64,000 bases of DNA, taken from NCBI GenBank assembly GCA_965153285.1, contig OZ229121.1, one strand, 5' to 3'. Under the pieces are notes generated by a model. It was not told the DNA's origin, ran no database searches, and was given only the letters and a program-made list of their open reading frames with translations. Source of the DNA: Podarcis tiliguerta (taxonomy: Eukaryota). Positions 1-10,944 of this stretch are shown piece after piece. Made by a program: the position numbers and the translations under genes. Numbering within the stretch: position 1 is the stretch's first letter; every line of letters starts with the position of its first letter.

Positions 1-796
1 ATGCGAGCCCCCACCCTGCAACAGCCAATGAACACACCTAGCAGACTAGAACATCACATGACTAGAGCAACCCCTTGCAAGAGCTTCCAGCTCAGCCCTG
101 CCTCTTCAGTCTGAGCAACACTCAGCTCACCACAGTTCTCTGCCAAGTATTTCCTGCCTCACTTTTTATCCGTGCCTCTTCCTGTGTCTTTTTACTTAAT
201 GCCAGTTGACCTAGCAGTCGCCCAGTCTGACGTTTCTCCACAAGTGCTTGGGGAATACAAGTCAGATTCATGCTTTTTCTTTCTCTGCTTTGCTCCCCCA
301 AACTCAAAATGCTATTAAGCTCTGTTTTTCAAAAAGCGAGACAGAAGCACAGCACGGCTACAATTAACGTCAACAGGGAAAAGCGGGTGATATGGAGAAA
401 ATATCGACTGGAAATACCATCGAGACCTCCCAAGCAAAGTATCAAGACACTCTTATTTTCAGACTAGGGCAGGCAGTGTGCAAGGTTTTGTTGCTGTTGT
501 TGTTCCAATGCCCAATGATGGAGTGGATGGCCTGGGTAGGAACAGAATACTATGGTTCAGTTCAGCATTGACAAGAAAACCATGGTTTCCTGCTATGTGA
601 ATGAACCACGGTGAGCTTTGAGCTTCTGCTCCCCACTCCCCTCTTTCATCTCCAGGAGTAAGAAGCTTCTGCTTCTATAAGAACAACAAACATAAGAGCA
701 GCCTGTTGGCTCAGGCAAATGGCCCATCTAGCACACCATCAGTTTCTCACAGTGGCCACCTAGACGACCGTGGGAAACCCGGAAGCAGGACCCAAG

Positions 797-1300
797 TGTG
801 GCGATCACACAGGGTCCCCAGACATTTCACCGTCTATTGATCCCTGTGCCACTACTTTATTTCTCGCTGCCACCACCCAGGCCCTACCTGGGACAATACT
901 GAATCCAGTCAGGGTTAAATTGGAACATAAACTTCTGTTTATTTATTGCAGTTTAACAAGCATGTGGTTTCATAAACGGTATCGGTCAATTACAATCACG
1001 GGGTGCCTATCCAGACCTATCACTTCCGCTACCTGCTCTCACTCACTAAACCACCTCTCAGATATTTACTTGTCTGCCTAGCCCCTAACTGTTCCTGACT
1101 CAGCTACACTAACTCAACCTGCCCACAAACTCTATCCCAATTCACTCCCACTCCAACCAACCACCCAACTCCCAACGAACTCTTCCTTCACCCCTCCCAG
1201 AGCTGGTTTTATAGTCCCACTGACTCCACCCCCTGGGTTCTGATTGGGTAACCTGTTTAACTATTTCACCTCCAGCACTCTCTCCTATGTTAACGTTACA
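797..1300 (-). mobile_element. Solo LTR
   Basis: TGT...ACA termini; 5-bp TSD CCAAG at 792-796 and 1301-1305; TATAAAA and AATAAA on the minus strand; splits an older CR1-like 3' fragment. Confidence 0.8.
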
Positions 1301-2154
1301 CCAAGCAGGACTCTTGTCTCCTGTGAAAGAGAAGCATTGCGGTCTCCAACTGTAGAGGCATTAAAGCGAGGAGCCATCAGCAGCTCTCTCCTGCGTAAAT
1401 TTTTCCAATCCTCTTTTATAAAACTTATGTTTATAATACATTTATCTTGACATCCAAACTTGGGAAACCCATGGTTTGTTTAAATTAAGGCGAGTACAAA
1501 TCAGGATCAAAACATAGGGAACTGTGGCTAGTTTAAAATCTGAAGCAGAATCCTCTAATCTCCCCTGACATGTGGAAGATTTGGGGGGGGGGGGGCAAGT
1601 GAACACAAAAGCCCAAGCAGCCTCATTCATGTAGAGGGGAACAATGGCTGCCTGTTGTGCCTGAGGGCCAATGGAGGAGGGCCTTTTCCTACTGGAGGCT
1701 GCCTGAACCATTTGCTCATCAGAGGCTCTCCTCCAGGTCCTCCCATCACCTAAAGCGAGGTGGTGGATGCCTAGGAAGAAGATTTTTTCCACCGTGGTGC
1801 CTTGCATTAGTAACACCTACCCCAGAGCAGCTCACCTGATGCCATTTTTGAAGCCTCTTCAGCACAAGGAAGAGGGTCTTTTTCAGCTGCCTAGCCACTG
1901 CAGCATGTTTTAGAGCATGTTTTATTTTCGTTTTTATAGCTCTGCTGGATTTTATGAGTGCTACCCTTTTGCACTTTTAACGTTTTATATAGAGATTTCA
2001 TTGCAGTTTCTTCATATAAACTGTACATCACTCAGCAGCCTTTGCAATGAAGAACTGCCGATAGATAATATTAAACAAATTCCAATATGTATGTAAGCAG
2101 CTTTGAGACACAACCTAAGGCTCTGTACAGCAAGATTACAAAGGCCTCATCGCA

Positions 2155-2530
2155 TCTGGAAACCAAGCCTTATGAGGAATGGTTTAGGGAGGTGGATATG
2201 TTTAAGCCTGGAGAAGGGCAGACTGAGATGTGATACAATAGCCACCTTCAAATATCTAAAGGGCTGTTACATGGGTGATGGAGCAAGCTTGTTTTCTACT
2301 GCTCCAGAGGGTAGGACTCAAACCAATGAATTCAAGTTACAAAAAGGGAGATTCCAGCTAAATATCAGAAGAGCTTTCAGATGGTAAAGCTGATCAACAG
2401 TGGAACAGACTCCCTCTGAAGGCGGCAGATTCTCCTTCATGGAAGGTTTTTAAGCCATCTGTCATGGGTGCCTTGCAGGGGGGTTAGACTAATGACCCTG
2501 GGGTCCTTTCCAAATCTACAATTCTATTTT
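2155..2530 (+). mobile_element. CR1 LINE 3' fragment
   Basis: Degenerate ORF2 end (SLEKGRLRCDTIATFKYLKGC...GRTQTNEFKL) and a CR1-type tail ending TTCTA. Confidence 0.85.
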
Positions 2531-3109
2531 TGTAAGATTCTTGCATCGACTCCTTTCAGGTTCATCCACAGCTTTGCAACAAAACAGCACCAACAATTCT
2601 ATAGCCATACAGCTGACAACCAAGGACTCATGTTTTACTTATTGCTTATTATTATACTATTATTTTTTTATTAACTTTATGTACCACCCTTCATCAACAG
2701 ATCTCAGGGCATTTTGGAATAAAATACAAGATAAAACACAATAATTAAACCAAAACCACAAAACAATAACCTCCCCCCCTTCCCACAGGCACATGTAAAA
2801 GTCTGTAGGATATTAATCAGCCAAATGCTTGGTTGAAGACGAACGTTTTTGCCCAGCGCCTAAAAATATATAATGAAGGTGCCAGGCGAACCTCCCCGGG
2901 GGAGAGCATTTCACAAATGGGGAGCCACTGCAGAAAAGGCTCCGCTCTCTACTCGACAGCCTTGCTCTGTACAAGAAGTCACCCAGAAACATATTAACTC
3001 AATTTAAGTCAGAAACTAGGTACCCATTCAAATGTCACTCAGCAGCCTCCTTTTCTCTGCATCCCCACCATCACAATTCCCCAATTTCCCCCCGCTCAAA
3101 ATTTCTTAC

Positions 3110-3169
3110 CTCAAGTAGCAGCAGGGTCTCTTGTTCTGTCCATTCTCGCCCAGCGCTAGCACTTTTGCT
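3110..3169 (-). CDS. SMARCC1: SMARCC1 exon 19 (start of SANT domain); gene continues beyond window start
   Basis: SKSASAGREWTEQETLLLLE; CAG acceptor, GTAAGA donor; 60 nt. Confidence 0.96.
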
Positions 3170-3394
3170 CTGTATGAAGGAGAAGGGAAACAGTTCACTC
3201 ATGTACCCAGTGCACAGGTGAGTACGGCCATTATTGTCAAGAGGTGGGATTGGCAATTTGTTCCATCACAGATGTGTTACTTGTTGGAAGGGGCCTCCCT
3301 AAACACAGATAAGCCCTAGTGGCACATGCCATGTCAAAGGAGAACCTGAGAAACTCTTGCAAGTTGCATCATCTGCATCATCATCTTTTCATTA

Positions 3395-3598
3395 TTTGTA
3401 TGGCACCCATCAGCCACTCTGGGCAGCTTCCATCAATCAATCAATCAATCAACACACATACACAAAATAAAACATCAAACTTTAAAAACTTCCCTATATA
3501 GGGCTGCCTTTAGATGTCTTCTAAAAGTCAAATAGTTGTTTATCTGTTTGACATCTGATGGGAGGGCATTCCACAGGGCAGGTGCCACTACTGAGAAA
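3395..3598 (-). mobile_element. L2-clade LINE 3' fragment
   Basis: FSVVAPALWNALP...TFRRHLKAALY motif; same family as 39980-40330. Confidence 0.75.
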
Positions 3599-4301
3599 AA
3601 TGACTGCTGCTCCTTGGGGCAACCTGACTCAGCAGTTGAGGCAAGAATCCCAGAAGCAATCAACACTCGCTCAGTAGGAAATCTGATCAGAATAGAGGGT
3701 TAACTATTTCTAAGGTTACGGATCTGTGTAATGGAGGAAGCGCTGCATGCAGGCACTTTCCCTTTAAGACAATGTTCGAACAAGTGAGGTAAAGTGCAAG
3801 AGCTCTCCTTTTAGCAACAGCCTACAAAGGAGAATAGTCCCGTGGGGGAGGAAGGGTTGCAGAGAAGGAAAGAAGGCAAAATGGCCCTCATTCAACACCC
3901 TGCACTGATGCTAGGATATGGCTGCTGATTCAAATACCAAGAGCAGATTAGCCTACCATCAGCCCAATTCTCTGCAACTAAGAGATAACAGGGATGCACA
4001 ACCTGCGTCAAATTTTAATAAATGCAACATGCCAGCAAGGACTGTGTTCAAGTGACTGAGACAAGCTCAGCTAAATAAATGGGCCCCAGCACAGGGGAAG
4101 GCTAACATGCCTGGTCCCAACATCTGCTTGTTTTCCTCTTCCCAAATATGGCAATCAAAAGCAATGCTTAGAATGTCCATTAAATCTCCCAGAATTCTCT
4201 ACAGGTGCTCATAAATATTTAGCATTCTAGGAAAATATCACCCCAGCCTTAAAATTAGCATTAATTCTTGTTGCTAAAAAAGCCAGGAAAAGGATCAATA
4301 G

Positions 4302-4345
<44 letters not shown>
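4302..4345. repeat. (GT)n(GA)n compound microsatellite
   Basis: Direct inspection. Confidence 0.9.
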
Positions 4346-4911
4346 AACACAGCTGTTCTGAACCAAACATACAGCATTTATAAAGATTTGACTATGTAGA
4401 AGTTCTGTGCGTGGTTCACAAACATAACAGGGGCACAAGTCTGAATATTTAATGACAGCCATGTATTTCTATTGAGCTATCATAAGCAGAGGGCAACAAG
4501 GAAATTCCTGCAGGACCAGGCAAAGGCCCATCTAGCCAGGCACCTCCTTCTCAGTGGCCGGTCAGATGCCCTAATGAGGATCCCTCAAGGAGGACTCAAG
4601 TGAAACAGCATTGTTCTGCAGCTGCTGGAATTCAGAGGCATACCGCCTCCAATACTGGTCCAAGTTGGTGGTCATTACTACATCTTTTGGTAGCAAATTC
4701 CATAGTTGGGACATGTGCTCTGTGAACGTCTGACTAGAATCTCCCAACACTGAGGTGTCTCCAGGAACCCCGCAAGCAGGAGATGAGTGCAAGATCCCAC
4801 GAATTACCCCCAGGAACCAGCAATCAGAGACATGCTGCTTTACATAGCCTTGGCTACTAAGTCGCTGCCCAAGAAACAGAAAACGTAATCTCTGCAAGTT
4901 CTTAATGTCTG

Positions 4912-4996
4912 ACACTGTATTGTTTTTAATATTCGGTTGGAAGCTGCCCAGAGTGGCTGGGGAAACCCAGCCAGATGGGCAGGGTATAAATAACAA

Positions 4997-5042
<46 letters not shown>
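4912..5042 (+). mobile_element. L2-clade 3' tail with (TTA)n microsatellite
   Basis: GCCCAGAGTGGCTGGGGAAACCCAGCCAGATGGGC...TATAAATAA followed by (TTA)n; also seen near 37920, 40280 and 42960. Confidence 0.8.
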
Positions 5043-5043
<1 letters not shown>

Positions 5044-5098
5044 ACACAAGGGGGGCAGGCAGGGGTCTGGAAAGGAAAGAGAATATCTAGTGCCTTGC

Positions 5099-5212
5099 CT
5101 TTGCCAATGTTTTCTTCGAGTATATGTCTGTACGAAGCCCAAAGTTCTGCAGGTCAGTAGGTTTATCCTTGTTTTTCTCGGGGAAATTCAACATCTGCTG
5201 AGCAGCTGGGAT
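5099..5212 (-). CDS. SMARCC1: SMARCC1 exon 18 (GC donor)
   Basis: [38 protein letters not shown]; CAG acceptor; donor AAG/GCAAGG; 114 nt. Confidence 0.93.
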
Positions 5213-5891
5213 CTGGGTAAAGAAATGTAAAAAGGATGAGAGCAGGAGGGAGGATATGAAAGCATCAGAACGGTCATATTAATCAGCCTATGTTCCTGGG
5301 GAAGTGCAAGTGGAATGTTGAAAACGTGTTTTTTATAGTAGATACTTCTACTACCACTACCACCACTACTTAAGAATGCTCGAGAGGAGAAGTTCTCACA
5401 ATCTGTCAGATTAAGAAAAACAGCTATAGTATCCCTTCTATGACCTATTTGCAGCTCCAGGACCACATGGCAACTGTGAATCCCTGCTAGTGTTTGCAAA
5501 TAGTTTTTTGTTGTTTTGTTTTAAAGGGACAACTCTCTAAGGCACTAAAAATCAGGGGTGAAACAGAATTATATAAAAGTTCTTAGCATTTGCCCCTCGG
5601 CGTCTGGATGGTATCAACTATTCTGGACAGCTGTTTGCTTGCTACGCGTTTGGGCCCCTCTTAATGATATTGTGACCAAATTTCAAGTTCCCCAAGTGCA
5701 ACAGGTTTCCCTCTATGTTTGGATACCACTGGCCACCATTTTGAACAAGGTGGCGGACTGAACCTTCCAAAACTGCACTGTTTTTTTGGGGGGGTCGCTT
5801 AGAATTCCCGAGTAACAGCAGGAAGGAGGCAGCTGGCCTTGCTACAATTCGTAGGGGGCAAAGGCGTTCCATGATGGCAGTGGATCTTTAC

Positions 5892-6045
5892 CTGAGGTGT
5901 CCGAAGGTGAAGAGGCATGAGTCCCGAGGGAGTGTCGGCAAGCACATTGAAGTGTGGGGTGGGAGGAGGCCCCATGGCCATGGGCCGGCTCTCAGGATCC
6001 ACTTGGTAATTAATAAGCCCCCACTGTTCCAAAAAGGCATGTACC
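5892..6045 (-). CDS. SMARCC1: SMARCC1 exon 17
   Basis: [51 protein letters not shown]; AG/GT boundaries; 154 nt. Confidence 0.97.
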
Positions 6046-6097
6046 CTAGGAGGTGACATTAAAAGAGCGAAAGACTGAATGGAGGAAAAGTTATCAG

Positions 6098-6693
6098 TGC
6101 CACAACAGCAGCAAGAGTACTCATAGCACAGCATTGGAAGACACAAGAGTTACCCACTCTGGAAGAATGGCAGATGAAAGTAATGGACTATATGGAATTG
6201 GCTGAAATGACCGGCAGAATCAGAGACCAGGGAGAAGAGACGGTGAAAGAAGATTGGAAGAAATTCAAAGACTATTTACAGAAATATTATAAGATTAATG
6301 AATGTTAGAATGACATCAGATTGAATGTAAAAGGTTATTAGTAAAAAGTTCTAAAATTAAAAGATTTAATATTTTAAGATATAAGAAGATTAAGCTATAT
6401 TAAGATATTAAAATTAAGACAAAGATTAATTAAGACAGAGGGAAGGGATTTGCTGATTAAATACACGATTTGGAGTACAGGGAAGGGAGGTGTGGGGAAG
6501 TCGGAGAAATAAGCAAATGCAAGAATTATCATGAAGATGGAATTGTTTTTATTATTGTTTTTTCTTTTTGATGCCTTTTGTTGTTCTGTGTTTGTGTAAC
6601 TTTGTATTTTTCTTTTCTGCTTTCTTTGTTGATTTTTCTCTTTTTTCATTTTTTGTGTAAAAAAACTTAATAAAATATTTATATATATAAAAA
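6098..6693 (+). mobile_element. 5'-truncated L1 LINE
   Basis: ORF2 C-terminus [35 protein letters not shown]...WKKF; AATAAA and A-rich tail; 15-bp TSD AGGAAAAGTTATCAG at 6083-6097 and 6694-6708. Confidence 0.88.
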
Positions 6694-7604
6694 AGGAAAA
6701 GTTATCAGAATGGGAAAGGCAGTGGGTCAGAAAGAGGGAACATTTCAGAATAGAAGTGGGGAGCTAGCCCTGAAGCATCTTACAATAGCTCCACATCCAT
6801 ATTTTCCTTTTACTCTTGTTCAGCTCATTGCAAGATGGGCTTAGGCAGAACTTCCCAGAATGCTGCATGCATGTGTGTACACACACACACACACACACAC
6901 ACCTCTGCCCCCTCCATGGCACACCAAGCCCATTACATGATGCAGCTTTCTCATCTTGCCTCAGGCAGGCTCCCCATCTGCTGAAGGGTGAGAAAAACCC
7001 TCTTCACTTGCCTTTAGGCAAATTACGAAGCGGTTATTGTGCCAGGCAATTGGTTTGAATTGAATTTTAACTCTCGCTCTCTCGACTGGCTTACCAAACA
7101 CTGGATTTTTTTGTGGCTTTGCGCTTTATTACGTTGGTCTGGTTATATGCTCTTTTGGCATTGTTTAAATTCTGATTTTATAAACATATAAAATTAAAAT
7201 AACCGAGGAAAGCAAAATTGTTGAATGAGCATTTGATAGAGTAAATCTGGCATTTCATAAAATGCAACCCTTCTGCAGGCCAATAATAATAATAATGTGT
7301 AGTCACTGGATTCTGAGATGGCTGACAGGAGGTTGTGGAAAGAGTATCAGAAAACACAGCACATATTGAGGAAGTTCTTTCCCAAATGCTTGACTGACAC
7401 CAATAAGTACTCAGAACTGACATCGTGGCCAGGAATGAGTGGCTTGATCACATCATGTGATCTCTACACCTTTCCAACCAGTCTCTATTGAAGCTATATT
7501 AAGCTATCAAGCTATTTTTAACCTAGACCACAGAGATGGGGATGGTGCCTGGAGCACCTTGTAAAAGAGGAAGAAAAAGGCAGCATAGGATATAAGCAAG
7601 AATA

Positions 7605-8101
7605 CAGTGGTACCCCGCAAGACGAATGCCTCGGAAGACAAAAAAACCCGCTAGACGAAAGGGTTTTTCGTTTTCTGAGGTGCTTCGCAAGACGGATTTT
7701 TCTAAGGGCTTGCTTCGCTAGACGAAACAGCCCTGCCTCTCCTGTCATGGCAACAGTCGCACGCTTGCTTCCCAGCTCCTCCGGCTCCCTCCCACCTTCC
7801 GGCCGACCTTCCGACCTTCCGGCTGCCTCGCGCCGCTGCCCACCGCCCTCGCGCACTCCCCTCAGGAGCCGTTGCCGCCAGCAGCCAGCATTGCAGCCGG
7901 AGTTGCGCTCCTGAGCCCCACCGCCCTCCAGCAGCCGCACCGCGCGGTGGCCACAAGGCGCGGGTGAGTCCGACGTACCGGCTGCGGCAGCTGCCCTGCT
8001 TCTCCCCACCCCTCCCCGCTGTGGTGCTTCGCAAGACGAAAAAACTCGCTCTACAAAAAAACTCGCGGAACGAATTAATTTCGTCTTGCGAGGCACCACT
8101 G
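7605..8101. mobile_element. Tc1/mariner (pogo/Tigger-like) MITE, family A, carrying GC-rich cargo
   Basis: CAGTGGT...ACCACTG TIRs and TA TSD; ends match the copies at 32933 and 62775; the internal 7729-8017 segment is unique to this copy. Confidence 0.88.
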
Positions 8102-8312
8102 TAGCTTCTTCCTTCCATTTCCCACACTGCCTTAGAAACACTCTGCGCATGGATACTCTCCAGGTCAGCTGACAGAAAAAGCAGCAGGTAAGAAAATGCA
8201 TGGCTGTATTTGGGCATAGAGTACATGTTCTTCGTCTTTCAAGCATTAATTAAACAACACTTTGCTGAGTTTAAGATCCTGTTCCACCTGCAGCCAAGCA
8301 GAGCAAGACTTA

Positions 8313-8456
<144 letters not shown>

Positions 8457-10872
8457 CTACACCTTCCCAATGTGAGTCACTTGAGAATGTTATGGTCTCC
8501 TTAACAGAGAAGACTATTACGATGCTGAATTACTCGCCCTTCACCCTAAGGTCGCAGGGCAAGTTATGACGCAATACAAAAAACAATTCAGAGCAGCTTA
8601 CAGTCACAAAGATAAGGTGGTCCCTAAAAATATGCACCTCAAGTGTCAAAAGCCAGGGCGAACAGATGCCTCTGTGGGGGTGGAGTTCCATAACTTAGGG
8701 GCCACCATAGAGAAGGCCCTCCCAGACTGCTGCCAACCCTCCTGAAGGAGGCAGTTTTTCAGGTAATATTGACAATTTAACTATGTGGTTGATCTTTAAC
8801 AACCTGTCTGAGGACAGGTCTATAGAGAAGCAAAACACCTTCAATCTCAGTTTCTGAATTGAACAGACACACTGACCTATTTCAAACAAAAACCAGTTCC
8901 TGTTATGCTTTGACTAGGGACCGAAGCAAAAAAAAAGGAAAATGAGGGCTTCAATGTGCAGCTTTTATGCCGTGTCTCATCTACTTGGGTGTCCTCGGTT
9001 TACTAGTAGGACACATACCTTTAGTTACAGCCCAGGCGTCAGAAGAAGTTTTGAGTTTCAGTTCAGTGGAGCCTTACAGAGGGGCACCAAGGAGGGCGCC
9101 TCTGGGGCAGGAAGGTGCCAGCTATTCCAAGGCAACTTCCCTTATGCAGTAAGCCTGAGAGGGTTTCACACATGGAAGAGCAGCTGAGGAAGACCAACTG
9201 GGACATCAGCCTGCTTCCTTCCGCACTCTTCCATGGTGAACCGGGTGGGGGGTGGAGGCGAGAACAAAAAGCAGAAAAGAAAAGAAAAATTGGAGAGAGA
9301 GAGAACAGCAAACATTAAGAAGAGGGATACAGGATAGAAACTACGGAGCTCAGGAGGCAGAAAGCAGGAAAATATTATCCAACAGCTACTTCCGTTATGT
9401 AAGGGAAATACATTTTCTCTTTATCTTGTTGGCCCACTTAATGATTCATCTTCTAAACACTTCATTTTCACGCAGAAAAAATAAACCAATGCAAAGTAAA
9501 GCCCAGGTGAGCTGTGTCTCTTTAGTACTTTCCTTGGTGCCTCCATCCCTAAAAAAAGTGCAGGTTAAAACTGCTCTCTTGGATGTAAGCCAGATGCCTG
9601 GCAGCAAAACCTCTCAGCGCTGGCTCCCAGGGAGGCAGGCCTCTTTCTCCTGCATTACCGGATTTAAGCAGCATCTCAGAACCTACAGCCTCCAGCAAAA
9701 TATCTTTTATTTGGAGCTCCAAACTCCCTGCCCGGAGGCCCAGGCCAGGCACAAGAACCCAAAGCCATCCAACTATTGTTGGGTTTTTTTGGGGGGGGGG
9801 AGAGGGAGGGAATCAGGCTTTGGAAGTGAACGCTTTTAAAAAAAAAAAAATCTTTATTGATTAAAAATTTACATATCTATATAAACATTATATGCTATCT
9901 CTTTACATATGAAGAAAAAGAAAATTATGTAGAGAATAGAAAATTTCCAAAGGAACAAAAAAGAGGAAAAGAAAAAAATAAAGACATAACAAAGATACGA
10001 AGTATAAAAAAAATTGAAAGAGGAAAAGACAAGACAAGATTATTTACACAACAAAAGTGTTCATCTACATAATCCTTCCCATCCTTCTCATTTGGAAGTG
10101 AACCCTTGGGAACACAGAAGCACTGAGGAAGGCTGCTTGGTGCACAATAAGGAATGCCCATAGCTCTGTTACACAGGACAGAAGAGACGACAGTTCGCAG
10201 GTATAAAAAACAACAACCAAAAACCCGTAATGATCATCCAAAGTGGAGGATAGGGGCAGGTGCCCCCCCAACTCTTGTGTCAAGGAAAAGAAGCCTCATG
10301 ACTCCTGCTTCTATCAAAATTCCAAACCTCAGGAGTAGATTTTGATGGTGGGAGAAGGGGCAGGAGAGGACAAAAGAGGAAGCCCTCTTCTGCTCATGGG
10401 GGTCTGATGGACCAGCAGAGATACAGTATTGGATACGGCCCAAAACACGCAGAATTTCAGCATGGCATGAAATCCTTAGGAAATTGACACAAACTCCACG
10501 TTTCTCCAAACCCGTCTTTCCAACACCAACTTTGTATTTACTTCCATGTCCTTACATTATGCTGGATGCAGACTGCACTCAGCCCTCAAAAACTTGCCTC
10601 TGAGTGAGTTGCTTCTAAAGACAGTGTCCGCAGCACACGGAAAGATCCAAGATGGATTCCTTGTGCTGTCTCAGATAGGCATGCATGCAGGAAAAGCCGC
10701 TTATGGTGTCAGGGAACTGCCAAGCTGAAGAGCAAGTCAAAAGCCCCATTGCAAGAGGTCAGAAATTGCTACAACTGTACCTGGCTGTAATTGCCCCGGG
10801 AATAACCACTGTGCCTGTTATAAGCAAAAAGGGAGACACAATACATGCTTACATTGTTCTGCCTTTACTTAC

Positions 10873-10944
10873 ATTTCTGGGGTCTTAGATTTGTTTTTCC
10901 CATTGAAGAATTCTGGAAGAGCACGGCGCTCGATTACATGAATA
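10873..10944 (-). CDS. SMARCC1: SMARCC1 exon 15 (SWIRM)
   Basis: IHVIERRALPEFFNGKNKSKTPE(I); CAG acceptor, GTAAGT donor; 72 nt. Confidence 0.96.

Noticed and set aside
1-3109. SMARCC1 exon 20 (ALEMYKDDWNKV...)
   Set aside because: Not found on the minus strand; the gene continues outside the window.
7518-8246. 242-aa minus-strand ORF
   Set aside because: Runs through MITE ends and GC-rich cargo; no transposase or other domain.
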